A stretch of DNA of 64,000 nt from assembly GCA_964016885.1 (NCBI GenBank), contig OZ024744.1, positions 40,424,001-40,488,000 on the forward strand, given 5' to 3'. Both the position numbers and the translations under genes were made by a program. Shown here piece by piece: positions 39,201 to 53,142 of the stretch; positions within the stretch are counted from its first letter, which is position 1; each line of letters opens with the position of its first letter. Below the pieces are notes generated by a model. The model was not told the DNA's origin and searched no databases. It saw only the letters and a list, made by a program, of their open reading frames with translations. Source of the stretch: Eledone cirrhosa (Eukaryota).

Positions 39201-42200
39201 TACAAAGCCTAGCTTGACTCAAGGTAATGATAGTTTCCATCAACCAAGTTTTATTTACAATGTCTAGCTTGACTCAAGATAATGGTAGTTTCCATCAACC
39301 CAGCTTTATTTACAAAGCCTAGCTTGACTAAAGGTAATGGTAGTTTCCATCAACCCAGGTTTATTTACAAAGCCTAGCATGACCCAAGGTAATGGTAGTT
39401 TCCATCAACCCAGCTTTATTTACAAAGCCTAGTTTGACCCAAGGTAATGGTAATTTCCATCAACCCAGCTTTATTTACAAAGCCTAGCTTGACCCAAGGT
39501 AATGGTAGTTTCCATCAACCCAGCTTTATTTACAAAGAATAGCTTGAACCAAGGTAATGGTAGTTTCCATCAACCCAGCTTTATTTACAAAGCCTAGCTT
39601 GACTCAAGGTAATGGTAGATTCCATCAACCCAACTTTATTTACAAAGCCTAGCTTGACCCAAGGTAATGGTAGTTTCCATCAACCCAGCTTTATTTACAA
39701 AGCCTAGCTTGACTCAAGGTAATGGTAGTTTCCATCAACCCAGCTTTATTTACAAAGCCTAGCTTGACCCAAGGTAATGGTAGTTTCCATCAACCCAGCT
39801 TTATTTACAAAGCCTAGCTTGACTCAAGGTAATGGTAGTTTCCATCAACCCAGCTTTATTTACAAAGACTAGCTTGACTCAAGGTAATGGTAGTTTCAAT
39901 CAACCCAGCTTTATTTACAAAGCCTTGCTTGACCCAAGGTAATGGTAGTTTCCATCAACCCAGCTTTATTTACAAATCCTAGTTTGACTCAAGGTAATGG
40001 TAGTTTCCATCAGCCTAGCTTTATTTACAAAGTCTGGCTTGTCTCAAGGTAATGGTAGTTTCTATCAACCCAGCCTTATTTACAATGCCTAGCTTGACCC
40101 AAGGTAATGGTAGTTTCCATCAATCCAGCTTTATTTACAAAGCCTACCTTGACCCAAGGTAATGGTAGTTTCCATCAACTGAGCTTTATTTAAAAAGCCT
40201 AGTGTGACTCAAGGTAATGATAGTTTCCATCAACCCAGCTTTATTTACAAAGCCTAGCTTGAACCAAGGTAATGGTAGTTTCCATCAACCCAGCTTTATT
40301 TACAAAGCCTAGCTTGACCCAAGGTAATGGTAGTTTCCATCAACGCAGCTTTATTTACAAAGCCTAGCTTGACTCAACGTAATGGTAGTTTCCATCAACC
40401 CAGCTTTATTTACAAAGCCTAGCTTGACCCAAGGTAATGGTAGTTTCCATCAACCCAGCTTTATTTACAAAGCCTAGCTTGACTCAAGGTAATGGTAGTT
40501 TCCATCAACCCAGCTTTATTTACAAAGACTAGCTTGACACAAGGTAATGGTAGTTTCCATCAACCCAGCTTTATTTACAAAGCCTATCGTGACTCAAGGT
40601 AATGGTAGTTTCCATCAACCCAGCTTTATTTACAAAGCCTAGCTTGACTCAAGGTAATGGTAGTTTCCATCAACTGAGCTTTATTTAAAAAGCCTAGTGT
40701 GACTCAAGGTAATGATAGTTTCCATCAGCCCAGCTTTATTTGTAAAGCCCTGCTTGACTCAAGGTAATGGTAGTTTCCATCAACCCAGCTTTATTTGTAA
40801 GGCCCTGCTTGACTCAAGGTAATGGTAGTTTCCATCAACCCAGCTTTATTTACAAAGCCTAGCTTGAATCAAGGTAATGGTATTTTCCTTCAACCCAGCT
40901 TTATTTACAAAGTCTAGCTTGTCTCAAGGTAATGGTAGTTTCCATCAACCCAGCTTTATTTACAAAGCCTAGCTTGACCCAAGGTAATGGTAGTTACCAT
41001 CAACCGTGCTTTATTTACAAAGCCTACCTTGACTCAAGGTAATGGTAGTTTACATCAACCCAGCTTTAGTTACGATGCCTAGCTTGACCGAAGGTAATGG
41101 TAGTTTCCATCTAACCAGCTGTATTTACAAAGTCTAGCTTGACTCAAGGTAATAGTAGTTTCCATCAACCCTGCTTTATTTACAGAGCCTAGCTTGACTC
41201 AAGGTAATGGTAGTTTCCATCAACCCAGCTTTATTTACAAAGCCTAGCTTGACTCAAGGTAATGGTAGTTTCCATCAACCCTGCTTTATTTACAAAGCCT
41301 AGCTTGACCCAAGGTAATGGTAGTTACCATCAACCGTGCTTTATTTACAAAGCCTACCTTGACTCAAGGTAATGGTAGTTTACATCAACCCAGCTTTATT
41401 TACGATGCCTAGCTTGACTCAAGGTAATGGTAGTTTCCATCAACCCAGCTTTATTTACAAAGCCTAGCTTGAACCAATTTAATGGTAGTTTCCATCAACC
41501 CAGCTTTATTTACAAAGCCTAGCTTGACTCAAGGTAATGGTAGTTTCCATCAACCCAGCTTTATTTACAAAGCCTAGCTTGACCCAAGGGAATGGTAGTT
41601 TCGATCAACCCAGCTTTATATACAAAGCCTAGCTTGACCCGAGGTAATGGTAGTTTCCATCAACCCAGCTTTATTTACAAAGCCTAGCTTGACCCGAGGT
41701 AATGATAGTTTCCATCAACCAAGTTTTATTTACAATGTCTAGCTTGACTCAAGATAATGGTAGTTTCCATCAACCCAGCTTTATTTACAAAGCCTAGCTT
41801 GACCCAAGGTAATGGTAGTTTCAATCAACCCAGGTTTATTTACAAAGCCTAGCATGACCCAAGGTAATGGCAGTTTCCATCAACCCAGCTTTATTTACAA
41901 AGCCTAGCTTGACTCAAGGTAATGGTAGTTTCTATCACCCCAGCTTTATTTACAAAGCCTAGCATGACCCAAGGTAATGGTAATTTCCATCAACCCAGCT
42001 TTATTTACAAAGCCTAGCTTGACCCAAGGTAATGGTAGTTTCCATCAACCCAGCTTTATTTACAAAGCCTATCTTGAACCAAGGTAATGGTAGTTTCCAT
42101 CAACCCAGCTTTATTTACAAAGCCTAGCTTGACTCAAGGTAATGGTAGTTTCCATGAACCCAGCTTTATTTACAAAGCCTAGCTTGAGCGAGGTAATGGT

Positions 42201-43782
42201 AGTTTCCATCAACCCAGCTTTATTTACAAAGCCTAGCTTGACCCGAGGTAATGATAGTTTCCATCAACCAAGTTTTATTTACAATGTCTAGCTTGACTCA
42301 AGATAATGGTAGTTTCCATCAACTGAGCATTATTTAAAAAGCCTAGTGTGACTCAAGGTAATGATAGTTTCCATCAACCCAGCTTTATTTACAAAGCCTA
42401 GCTTGAACCAAGGTAATGATAGTTTCCATCAACCCAGCTTTATTTACAAAGCCTAGCTTGACCCAAGGTAATGGTAGTTTCCATCAACGCAGCTTTATTT
42501 ACAAAGCCTAGCTTGACTCAAGGTAATGGTAGTTTCCATCAACCCAGCTTTATTTACAAAGCCTAGCTTGACCCAAGGTAATGGTAGTTTCCATCAACCC
42601 AGCTTTATTTACAAAGCCTAGCTTGACTCAAGGTAATGGTAGTTTCCATCAACCCAGCTTTATTTACAAAGACTAGCTTGACACAAGGTAATGGTAGTTT
42701 CCATCAACCCAGCTTTATTTACAAAGCCTATCGTGACTCAAGGTAATGGTAGTTTCCATCAACCCAGCTTTATTTACAAAGCCTAGCTTGACTCAAGGTA
42801 ATGGTAGTTTCCATCAGCCCAGCTTTATTTACAATGTCTTGCTTGTCTGAAGGTAATGGTAGTTTCCATCAACCCAGCTTTATTTACAAAGCCTAGCTTG
42901 ACTCAAGGTAATGGTAGTTTCCATCAGCCTAGCTTTATTTACAAAGTCTGGCTTGTCTCAAGGTAATGGTAGTTTCTATCAACCCAGCCTTATTTACAAT
43001 GCCTAGCTTGACCCAAGGTAATGGTAGTTTCCATCAATCCAGCTTTATTTACAAAGCCTACCTTGACCCAAAGTAATGGTAGTTTCCATCAACTGAGCTT
43101 TATTTAAAAAGCCTAGTGTGACTCAAGGTAATGATAGTTTCCATCAACCCAGCTTTATTTGTAAAGCCCTGCTTGACTCAAGGTAATGGTAGTTTCCATC
43201 AACCCAGCTTTATTTGTAAGGCCCTGCTTGACTCAAGGTAATGGTAGTTTCCATCAACCCAGCTTTATTTACAAAGCCTAGCTTGAATCAAGGTAATGGT
43301 ATTTTCCTTCAACCCAGCTTTATTTACAAAGTCTAGCTTGTCTCAAGGTAATGGTAGTTTCCATCAACCCAGCTTTATTTACAAAGCCTAGCTTGACCCA
43401 AGGTAATGGTAGTTACCATCAACCGTGCTTTATTTACAAAGACTACCTTGACTCAAGGTAATGGTAGTTTCCATCTAACCAGCTGTATTTACAAAGTCTA
43501 GCTTGACTCAAGGTAATAGTAGTTTCCATCAACCCTGCTTTATTTACAGAGCCTAGCTTGACTCAAGGTAATGGTAGTTTCCATCAACCCAGCTTTATTT
43601 AGAAAGCCTAGCTTGACCCAAGGTAATGGTAGTTTCCATCAACCCAGCTTTATTTACAAAGCCTAGCTTGACTCAAGGGAATGGTAGTTTACATCAACCC
43701 AGCTTTATTTACGATGCCTAGCTTGACTCAAGGTAATGGTAGTTTCCATCAACCCAGCTTTATTTACAAAGCCTAGCTTGAC
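21290..43782 (+). repeat. Near-identical tandem duplication with 11,214-bp period (204 monomers minus 6 bp): ~21290-32568 and ~32504-43782
   Basis: Rare markers at a constant offset: GCATTTTCC at 22191/33405 and AAGGGAATGGTAGTTTACAT at 32461/43675. The six 1-bp deletions of copy 1 recur in copy 2. Confidence 0.95.
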
Positions 43783-46284
43783 CCAAGGTAATGGTAGTTT
43801 CCATCAACCCAGCTTTATTTACAAAGCCTAGCTTGACTCAAGGGAATGGTAGTTTCCATCAACCCAGCTTTATTTACAATACCTAGCTTGACTCAAGGTA
43901 ATGGTAGTTTCCATCAACCCAACTTTATTTAGAAAGCCTAGCTTGACTCAAGGTAACGGTAGATTCCATCAACCCAGCTTTATTTACAAAGCCTAGCTTG
44001 ACTCAAGGTAATGGTAGTTTCCATCAACCCAACTTTATCTACAAAGCCTAGCTTGACTCAAGGTAATGGTAGTTTCCATCAACCCAGCTTTATTTACAAA
44101 GCCTAGCTTGACCCAAGGTAATGGTAGTTTCCATCAACCCAGCTTTATTTACAAATCCTAGCTTGACTCAAGGGAATGGTAGTTTCCATCAACCCAGCTT
44201 TATTTACAAAGCCTAGCTTGACCCAAGGTAATGGTAGTTTCCATCAACCCAGCTTTATTTACAAATCCTAGCTTGACTCAAGGTAATGGTAGTTTCCATC
44301 AACCCAACTTTATCTACAAAGCCTAGCTTGACTCAAGGTAATGGTAGATTCCATCAACCCAGCTTTATTACAAAGCCTAGCTTGACTCGAGCTAATGGTA
44401 GTTTCCATCAACCCAGCTTTATTTACAAAGCCTAGCTTGACCCAAGGTAATGGTAGTTTCCATCAACCCAGCTTTATTTACAAAGCCTAGCTTGACCCAA
44501 GGTAATGGTAGTTTCCATCAACCCAGCTTTATTTACAAAGCCTAGCTTGACTCAAGGTAATAGTAGTTTCCATCAACCCTGCTTTATTTTCAGAGCCTAG
44601 CTTGACTGAAGGTAATGGTAGTTTCCATCAACCCAGCTTTATTTACAAAGCCTAGCTTGACTCAAGGTAATGGTAGTTTCCATCAACCCTGCTTTATTTA
44701 CAAAGCCTAGCTTGACCCAAGGTAATGGTAGTTACCATCAACCGTGCTTTATTTACAAAGCCTACCTTGTCTCAAGGTAATGGTAGTTTACATCAACCCA
44801 GCTTTATTTACGATGCCTAGCTTGACTCAAGGTAATGGTAGTTTCCATCAACCCAGCTTTATTTACAAAGCCTAGCTTGACCCAAGGTAATGGTAGTTTC
44901 CATCAACCCAGCTTTATTTATAATACCTAGCTTGACTCAAGGTAATGGTAGTTTCCATCAACCCAACTTTATTTAGAAAGCCTAGCTTGACTCAAGGTAA
45001 TGGTAGATTCCATCAACCCAGCTTTATTTACAAAGCCTAGCTTGACTCAAGGTAATGGTAGTTTCCATCAACCCAACTTTATCTACAAAGCCTAGCTTGA
45101 CTCAAGGTAATGGTAGTTTCCATCAACCCAGCTTTATTTACAAAGCCTAGCTTGACCCAAGTAATGGTAGTTTCCATCAACCCAGCTTTATTTACAAATC
45201 CTAGCTTGACTCAAGGTAATGGTAGTTTCCATCAACCCAGCTTTATTTACAAAGCCTAGCTTGACGCAAGGTAATGGTAGTTTCCATGAACCCAACTTTA
45301 TCTACAAAGCCTAGCTTGACTCAAGGTAATGGTAGATTCCATCAACCCAGCTTTATTACAAAGCCTAGCTTGACTCAAGGTAATGGTAGTTTCCATCAAC
45401 CCAGCTTTATTTACAAAGCCTAGCTTGACTCAAGGTAATGGTAGTTTCCATCAACCCAGCTTTACTTACAAAGCCTAGCTTGACTCAAGGTAATGGTAGT
45501 TTCCATCAACCCAGCTTTATTTACAAAGCCTAGCTTGACTCAAGGTAATGGTAGTTTCCATCAACCCTGCTTTATTTACAGAGCCTAGCTTGACTCAAGG
45601 TAATGGTAGTTACCATCAACCGTGCTTTATATACAAAGCCTACCTTGACTCAAGGTAATGGTAGTTTACATCAACCCAGCTTTATTTACGATGCCTAGCT
45701 TGACCGAAGGTAATGGTAGTTTCCATCTAACCAGCTGTATTTACAAAGTCTAGCTTGACTCAAGGTAATGGTAGTTTCCATCAACCCAGCTTTATTTACA
45801 AAGCCTAGCTTGACTCAAGGTAATGGTAGTTTCCATCAACCCAGCTTTACTTACAAAGCCTAGCTTGACTCAAGGTAATAGTAGTTTCCTTCAACCCTGC
45901 TTTATTTACAAAGCCTAGCTTGACCCAAGGTAATGGTAGTTACCATCAACCGTGCTTTATTTACAAAGCCTACCTTGACTCAAGGTAATGGTAGTTTACA
46001 TCAACCCAGCTTTATTTACGATGCCTAGCTTGACTCAAGGTAATGGTAGTTTCCATCAACCCAGCTTTATTTACAGAGCCTAGCTTGACCCAAGGTAATG
46101 GTAGTTTCCATCAACCCAGCTTTATTTACAAAGCCTAGCTTGACTCAAGGGAATGGTAGTTTCCATCAACCCAGCTTTATTTACAAAGCCTAGCTTGACT
46201 CAAGGTAATGGTAGTTTCCATCAACCCAGCTTTATTTATAATACCTAGCTTGACTCAAGGTAATGGTAGTTTCCATCAACCCAA

Positions 46285-49200
46285 CTTTATTTACAAAGCC
46301 TAGCTTGACTCAAGGTAATGGTAGATTCCATCAACCCAGCTTTATTTACAAAGCCTAGCTTGAACCAAGGTAATGGTAGTTTCCATCAACCCAGCTTTAT
46401 TTACAAAGCCTAGCTTGACCCAAGGTAATGGTAGTTTCCATCAACGCAGCTTTATTAACAAAGCCTAGCTTGACTCAAGGTAATGGTAGTTTCCATCAAC
46501 ACAGCTTTATTTACAAAGCCTAGCTTGACCCAAGGTAATGGTAGTTTCCATCAACCCAGCTTTATTTACAAAGACTAGCTTGACACAAGGTAATGGTAGT
46601 TTCCATCAACCCAGCTTTATTTACAAAGCCTATCGTGACTCAAGGTAATGGTAGTTTCCATTAACCCAGCTTTATTTACAAAGCCTAGCTTGACTCAAGG
46701 TAATGGTAGTTTCCATCAGCCCAGCTTTATTTACAAAGTCTAGCTTGTCTGAAGGTAATGGTAGTTTCCATCAACCCAGCTTTATTTACAAAGCCTAGCT
46801 TGACTCAAGGTAATGGTAGTTTCCATCAGCCTAGCTTTATTTACAAAGTCTGGCTTGTCTCAAGGTAATGGTAGTTTCTATCAACCCAGCCTTATTTACA
46901 ATGCCTAGCTTGACCCAAGGTAATGGTAGTTTCCATCAATCCAGCTTTATTTACAAAGCCTACCTTGACCCAAGGTAATGGTAGTTTCCATCAACTGAGC
47001 TTTATTTAAAAAGCCTAGTGTGACTCAAGGTAATGATAGTTTCCATCAACCCAGCTTTATTTGTAAAGCCCTGCTTGACTCAAGGTAATGGTAGTTTCCA
47101 TCAACCCAGCTTTATTTGTAAGGCCCTGCTTGACTCAAGGTAATGGTAGTTTCCATCAACCCAGCTTTATTTACAAAGCCTAGCTTGAATCAAGGTAATG
47201 GTATTTTACTTCAACCCAGCTTTATTTACAAAGTCTAGCTTGTCTCAAGGTAATGGTAGTTTCCATCAACCCAGCTTTATTTACAAAGCCTAGCTTGACC
47301 CAAGGTAATGGTAGTTACCATCAACCGTGCTTTATTTACAAAGCCTACCTTGACTCAAGGTAATGGTAGTTTACATCAACCCAGCTTTAGTTACGATGCC
47401 TAGCTTGACCGAAGGTAATGGTAGTTTCCATCTAACCAGCTGTATTTACAAAGTCTAGCTTGACTCAAGGTAATAGTAGTTTCCATCAACCCTGCTTTAT
47501 TTACAGAGCCTAGCTTGACTCAAGGTAATGGTAGTTTCCATCAACCCAGCTTTATTTACAAAGCCTAGCTTGACTCAAGGTAATGGTAGTTTCCATCAAC
47601 CCTGCTTTATTTACAAAGCCTAGCTTGACCCAAGGTAATGGTAGTTACCATCAACCGTGCTTTATTTACAAAGCCTACCTTGACTCAAGGTAATGGTAGT
47701 TTACATCAACCCAGCTTTATTTACGATGCCTAGCTTGACTCAAGGTAATGGTAGTTTCCATCAACCCAGCTTTATTTACAAAGCCTAGCTTGACCCAAGG
47801 TAATGGTAGTTTCCATCAACCCAGCTTTATTTACAAAGCCTAGCTTGACTCAAGGGAATGGTAGTTTCCATCAACCCAGCTTTATTTATAATACCTAGCT
47901 TGACTCAAGGTAATGGTAGTTTCCATCAACCCAACTTTATTTAGAAAGCCTAGCTTGACTCAAGGTAATGGTAGATTCCATCAACCCAGCTTTATTTACA
48001 AAGCCTAGCTTGACTCAAGGTAATGGTAGTTTCCATCAACCCAACTTTATCTACAAAGCCTAGCTTGACTCAAGGTAATGGTAGTTTCCATCAACCCAGC
48101 TTTATTTACAAAGCCTAGCTTGACCCAAGGTAATGGTAGTTTCCATCAACCCAGCTTTATTTACAAATCCTAGCTTGACTCAAGGGAATGGTAGTTTCCA
48201 TCAACCCAGCTTTATTTACAAAGCCTAGCTTGACCCAAGGTAATGGTAGTTTCCATCAACCCAGCTTTATTTACAAATCCTAGCTTGACTCAAGGGAATG
48301 GTAGTTTCCATCAACCCTGCTTTATTTACAAAGCCTAGCTTGACTCAAGGTAATGGTAGTTTCCATCAACCCAGCTTTATTTATAATACCTAGCTTGACT
48401 CAAGGTAATGGTAGTTTCCATCAACCCAACTTTATTTAGAAAGCCTAGCTTGAATCAAGGTAATTGTAGATTCCATCAACCCAGCTTTATTTACAAAGCC
48501 TATCTTGACGCAAGGTAATGGTAGTTTCCATCAACCCAACTTTATCTACAAAGCCTAGCTTGACTCAAGGTAATGGTAGATTCCATCAACCCAGCTTTAT
48601 TACAAAGCCTAGCTTGACTCGAGGTAATGGTAGTTTCCATCAACCCAGCTTTATTTACAAAGCCTAGCTTGACCCAAGTTAATGGTAGTTTCCATCAACC
48701 CAGCTTTATTTACAAAGCCTAGCTTGACCCAAGGTAATGGTAGTTTCCATCAACCCAGCTTTATTTACAAAGCCTAGCTTGACTCAAGGTAATAGTAGTT
48801 TCCATCAACCCTGCTTTATTTACAGAGCCTAGCTTGACTCAAGGTAATGGTAGTTTCCATCAACCCAGCTTTATTTACAAAGCCTAGCTTGACTCAAGGT
48901 AATGGTAGTTTCCATCAACCCTGCTTTATTTACAAAGCCTAGCTTGACCCAAGGTAATGGTAGTTACCATCAACCGTTCTTTATTTACAAAGCCTACCTT
49001 GTCTCAAGGTAATGGTAGTTTACATCAACCCAGCTTTATTTACGATGCCTAGCTTGACTCAAGGTAATGGTAGTTTCCATCAACCCAGCTTTATTTACAA
49101 AGCCTAGCTTGACCCAAGGTAATGGTAGTTTCCATCAACCCAGCTTTATTTACAAAGCCTAGCTTGACTCAAGGGAATGGTAGTTTCCATCAACCCAGCT

Positions 49201-52200
49201 TTATTTACAAAGCCTAGCTTGACTCAAGGTAATGGTAGTTTCCATCAACCCAGCTTTATTTATAATACCTAGCTTGACTCAAGGTAATGGTAGTTTCCAT
49301 CAACCCAACTTTATTTAGAAAGCCTAGCTTGACTCAAGTTAATGGTAGATTCCATCAACCCAGCTTTATTTACAAAGCCTAGCTTGACTCAAGGTAATGG
49401 TAGTTTCCATCAACCCAACTTTATCTACAAAGCCTAGCTTGACTCAAGGTAATGGTAGTTTCCATCAACCCAGCTTTATTTACAAAGCCTAGCTTGACCC
49501 AAGGTAATGGTAGTTTCCATCAACCCAGCTTTATTTACAAATCCTAGCTTGACTCAAGGGAATGGTAGTTTCCATCAACCCAGCTTTATTTAGAAAGCCT
49601 AGCTTGACCCAAGGTAATGGTAGTTTCCATCAACCCAGCTTTATTTACAAATCCTAGCTTGACTCAAGGGAATGGTAGATTCCATCAACCCAGCTTTATT
49701 TACAAAGCCTAGCTTGAACCAAGGTAATGGTAGTTTCCATCAACCCAGCTTTATTTACAAAGCCTAGCTTGACTCAAGGTAATGGTAGATTCCATCAACC
49801 CAGCTTTATTTACAAAGCCTAGCTTGAACCAAGGTAATGGTAGTTTCCATCAACCCAGCTTTATTTACAAAGCCTAGCTTGACCCAAGGTAATGGTAGTT
49901 TCCATCAACGCAGCTTTATTAACAAAGCCTAGCTTGACTCAAGGTAATGGTAGTTTCCATCAACACAGCTTTATTTACAAAGCCTAGCTTGACCCAAGGT
50001 AATGGTAGTTTCCATCAACCCAGCTTTATTTACAAAGACTAGCTTGACACAAGGTAATGGTAGTTTCCATCAACCCAGCTTTATTTACAAAGCCTATCGT
50101 GACTCAAGGTAATGGTAGTTTCCATTAACCCAGCTTTATTTACAAAGCCTAGCTTGACTCAAGGTAATGGTAGTTTCCATCAGCCCAGCTTTATTTACAA
50201 AGTCTAGCTTGTCTGAAGGTAATGGTAGTTTCCATCAACCCAGCTTTATTTACAAAGCCTAGCTTGACTCAAGGTAATGGTAGTTTCCATCAGCCTAGCT
50301 TTATTTACAAAGTCTGGCTTGTCTCAAGGTAATGGTAGTTTCTATCAACCCAGCCTTATTTACAATGCCTAGCTTGACCCAAGGTAATGGTAGTTTCCAT
50401 CAATCCAGCTTTATTTACAAAGCCTACCTTGACCCAAGGTAATGGTAGTTTCCATCAACTGAGCTTTATTTAAAAAGCCTAGTGTGACTCAAGGTAATGA
50501 TAGTTTCCATCAACCCAGCTTTATTTGTAAAGCCCTGCTTGACTCAAGGTAATGGTAGTTTCCATCAACCCAGCTTTATTTGTAAGGCCCTGCTTGACTC
50601 AAGGTAATGGTAGTTTCCATCAACCCAGCTTTATTTACAAAGCCTAGCTTGAATCAAGGTAATGGTATTTTACTTCAACCCAGCTTTATTTACAAAGTCT
50701 AGCTTGTCTCAAGGTAATGGTAGTTTCCATCAACCCAGCTTTATTTACAAAGCCTAGCTTGACCCAAGGTAATGGTAGTTACCATCAACCGTGCTTTATT
50801 TACAAAGCCTACCTTGACTCAAGGTAATGGTAGTTTACATCAACCCAGCTTTAGTTACGATGCCTAGCTTGACCGAAGGTAATGGTAGTTTCCATCTAAC
50901 CAGCTGTATTTACAAAGTCTAGCTTGACTCAAGGTAATAGTAGTTTCCATCAACCCTGCTTTATTTACAGAGCCTAGCTTGACTCAAGGTAATGGTAGTT
51001 TCCATCAACCCAGCTTTATTTACAAAGCCTAGCTTGACTCAAGGTAATGGTAGTTTCCATCAACCCTGCTTTATTTACAAAGCCTAGCTTGACCCAAGGT
51101 AATGGTAGTTACCATCAACCGTGCTTTATTTACAAAGCCTACCTTGACTCAAGGTAATGGTAGTTTACATCAACCCAGCTTTATTTACGATGCCTAGCTT
51201 GACTCAAGGTAATGGTAGTTTCCATCAACCCAGCTTTATTTACAAAGCCTAGCTTGACCCAAGGTAATGGTAGTTTCCATCAACCCAGCTTTATTTACAA
51301 AGCCTAGCTTGACTCAAGGGAATGGTAGTTTCCATCAACCCAGCTTTATTTATAATACCTAGCTTGACTCAAGGTAATGGTAGTTTCCATCAACCCAACT
51401 TTATTTAGAAAGCCTAGCTTGACTCAAGGTAATGGTAGATTCCATCAACCCAGCTTTATTTACAAAGCCTAGCTTGACTCAAGGTAATGGTAGTTTCCAT
51501 CAACCCAACTTTATCTACAAAGCCTAGCTTGACTCAAGGTAATGGTAGTTTCCATCAACCCAGCTTTATTTACAAAGCCTAGCTTGACCCAAGGTAATGG
51601 TAGTTTCCATCAACCCAGCTTTATTTACAAATCCTAGCTTGACTCAAGGGAATGGTAGTTTCCATCAACCCAGCTTTATTTACAAAGCCTAGCTTGACCC
51701 AAGGTAATGGTAGTTTCCATCAACCCAGCTTTATTTACAAATCCTAGCTTGACTCAAGGGAATGGTAGTTTCCATCAACCCTGCTTTATTTACAAAGCCT
51801 AGCTTGACTCAAGGTAATGGTAGTTTCCATCAACCCAGCTTTATTTATAATACCTAGCTTGACTCAAGGTAATGGTAGTTTCCATCAACCCAACTTTATT
51901 TAGAAAGCCTAGCTTGAATCAAGGTAATTGTAGATTCCATCAACCCAGCTTTATTTACAAAGCCTATCTTGACGCAAGGTAATGGTAGTTTCCATCAACC
52001 CAACTTTATCTACAAAGCCTAGCTTGACTCAAGGTAATGGTAGATTCCATCAACCCAGCTTTATTACAAAGCCTAGCTTGACTCGAGGTAATGGTAGTTT
52101 CCATCAACCCAGCTTTATTTACAAAGCCTAGCTTGACCCAAGTTAATGGTAGTTTCCATCAACCCAGCTTTATTTACAAAGCCTAGCTTGACCCAAGGTA

Positions 52201-53142
52201 ATGGTAGTTTCCATCAACCCAGCTTTATTTACAAAGCCTAGCTTGACTCAAGGTAATAGTAGTTTCCATCAACCCTGCTTTATTTACAGAGCCTAGCTTG
52301 ACTCAAGGTAATGGTAGTTTCCATCAACCCAGCTTTATTTACAAAGCCTAGCTTGACTCAAGGTAATGGTAGTTTCCATCAACCCTGCTTTATTTACAAA
52401 GCCTAGCTTGACCCAAGGTAATGGTAGTTACCATCAACCGTTCTTTATTTACAAAGCCTACCTTGTCTCAAGGTAATGGTAGTTTACATCAACCCAGCTT
52501 TATTTACGATGCCTAGCTTGACTCAAGGTAATGGTAGTTTCCATCAACCCAGCTTTATTTACAAAGCCTAGCTTGACCCAAGGTAATGGTAGTTTCCATC
52601 AACCCAGCTTTATTTACAAAGCCTAGCTTGACTCAAGGGAATGGTAGTTTCCATCAACCCAGCTTTATTTACAAAGCCTAGCTTGACTCAAGGTAATGGT
52701 AGTTTCCATCAACCCAGCTTTATTTATAATACCTAGCTTGACTCAAGGTAATGGTAGTTTCCATCAACCCAACTTTATTTAGAAAGCCTAGCTTGACTCA
52801 AGTTAATGGTAGATTCCATCAACCCAGCTTTATTTACAAAGCCTAGCTTGACTCAAGGTAATGGTAGTTTCCATCAACCCAACTTTATCTACAAAGCCTA
52901 GCTTGACTCAAGGTAATGGTAGTTTCCATCAACCCAGCTTTATTTACAAAGCCTAGCTTGACCCAAGGTAATGGTAGTTTCCATCAACCCAGCTTTATTT
53001 ACAAATCCTAGCTTGACTCAAGGGAATGGTAGTTTCCATCAACCCAGCTTTATTTAGAAAGCCTAGCTTGACCCAAGGTAATGGTAGTTTCCATCAACCC
53101 AGCTTTATTTACAAATCCTAGCTTGACTCAAGGGAATGGTAG
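46285..53142 (+). repeat. Tandem duplication with 3,464-bp period (63 monomers minus 1 bp): ~46285-49678 and ~49749-53142
   Basis: TCAACGCAGCTTTATTAACA at 46441/49905; shared rare variants (TATTTTACTT, CCGTTCTTT, TAATTGTAGATT) and a shared deletion at ~48600/52063. Confidence 0.93.
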
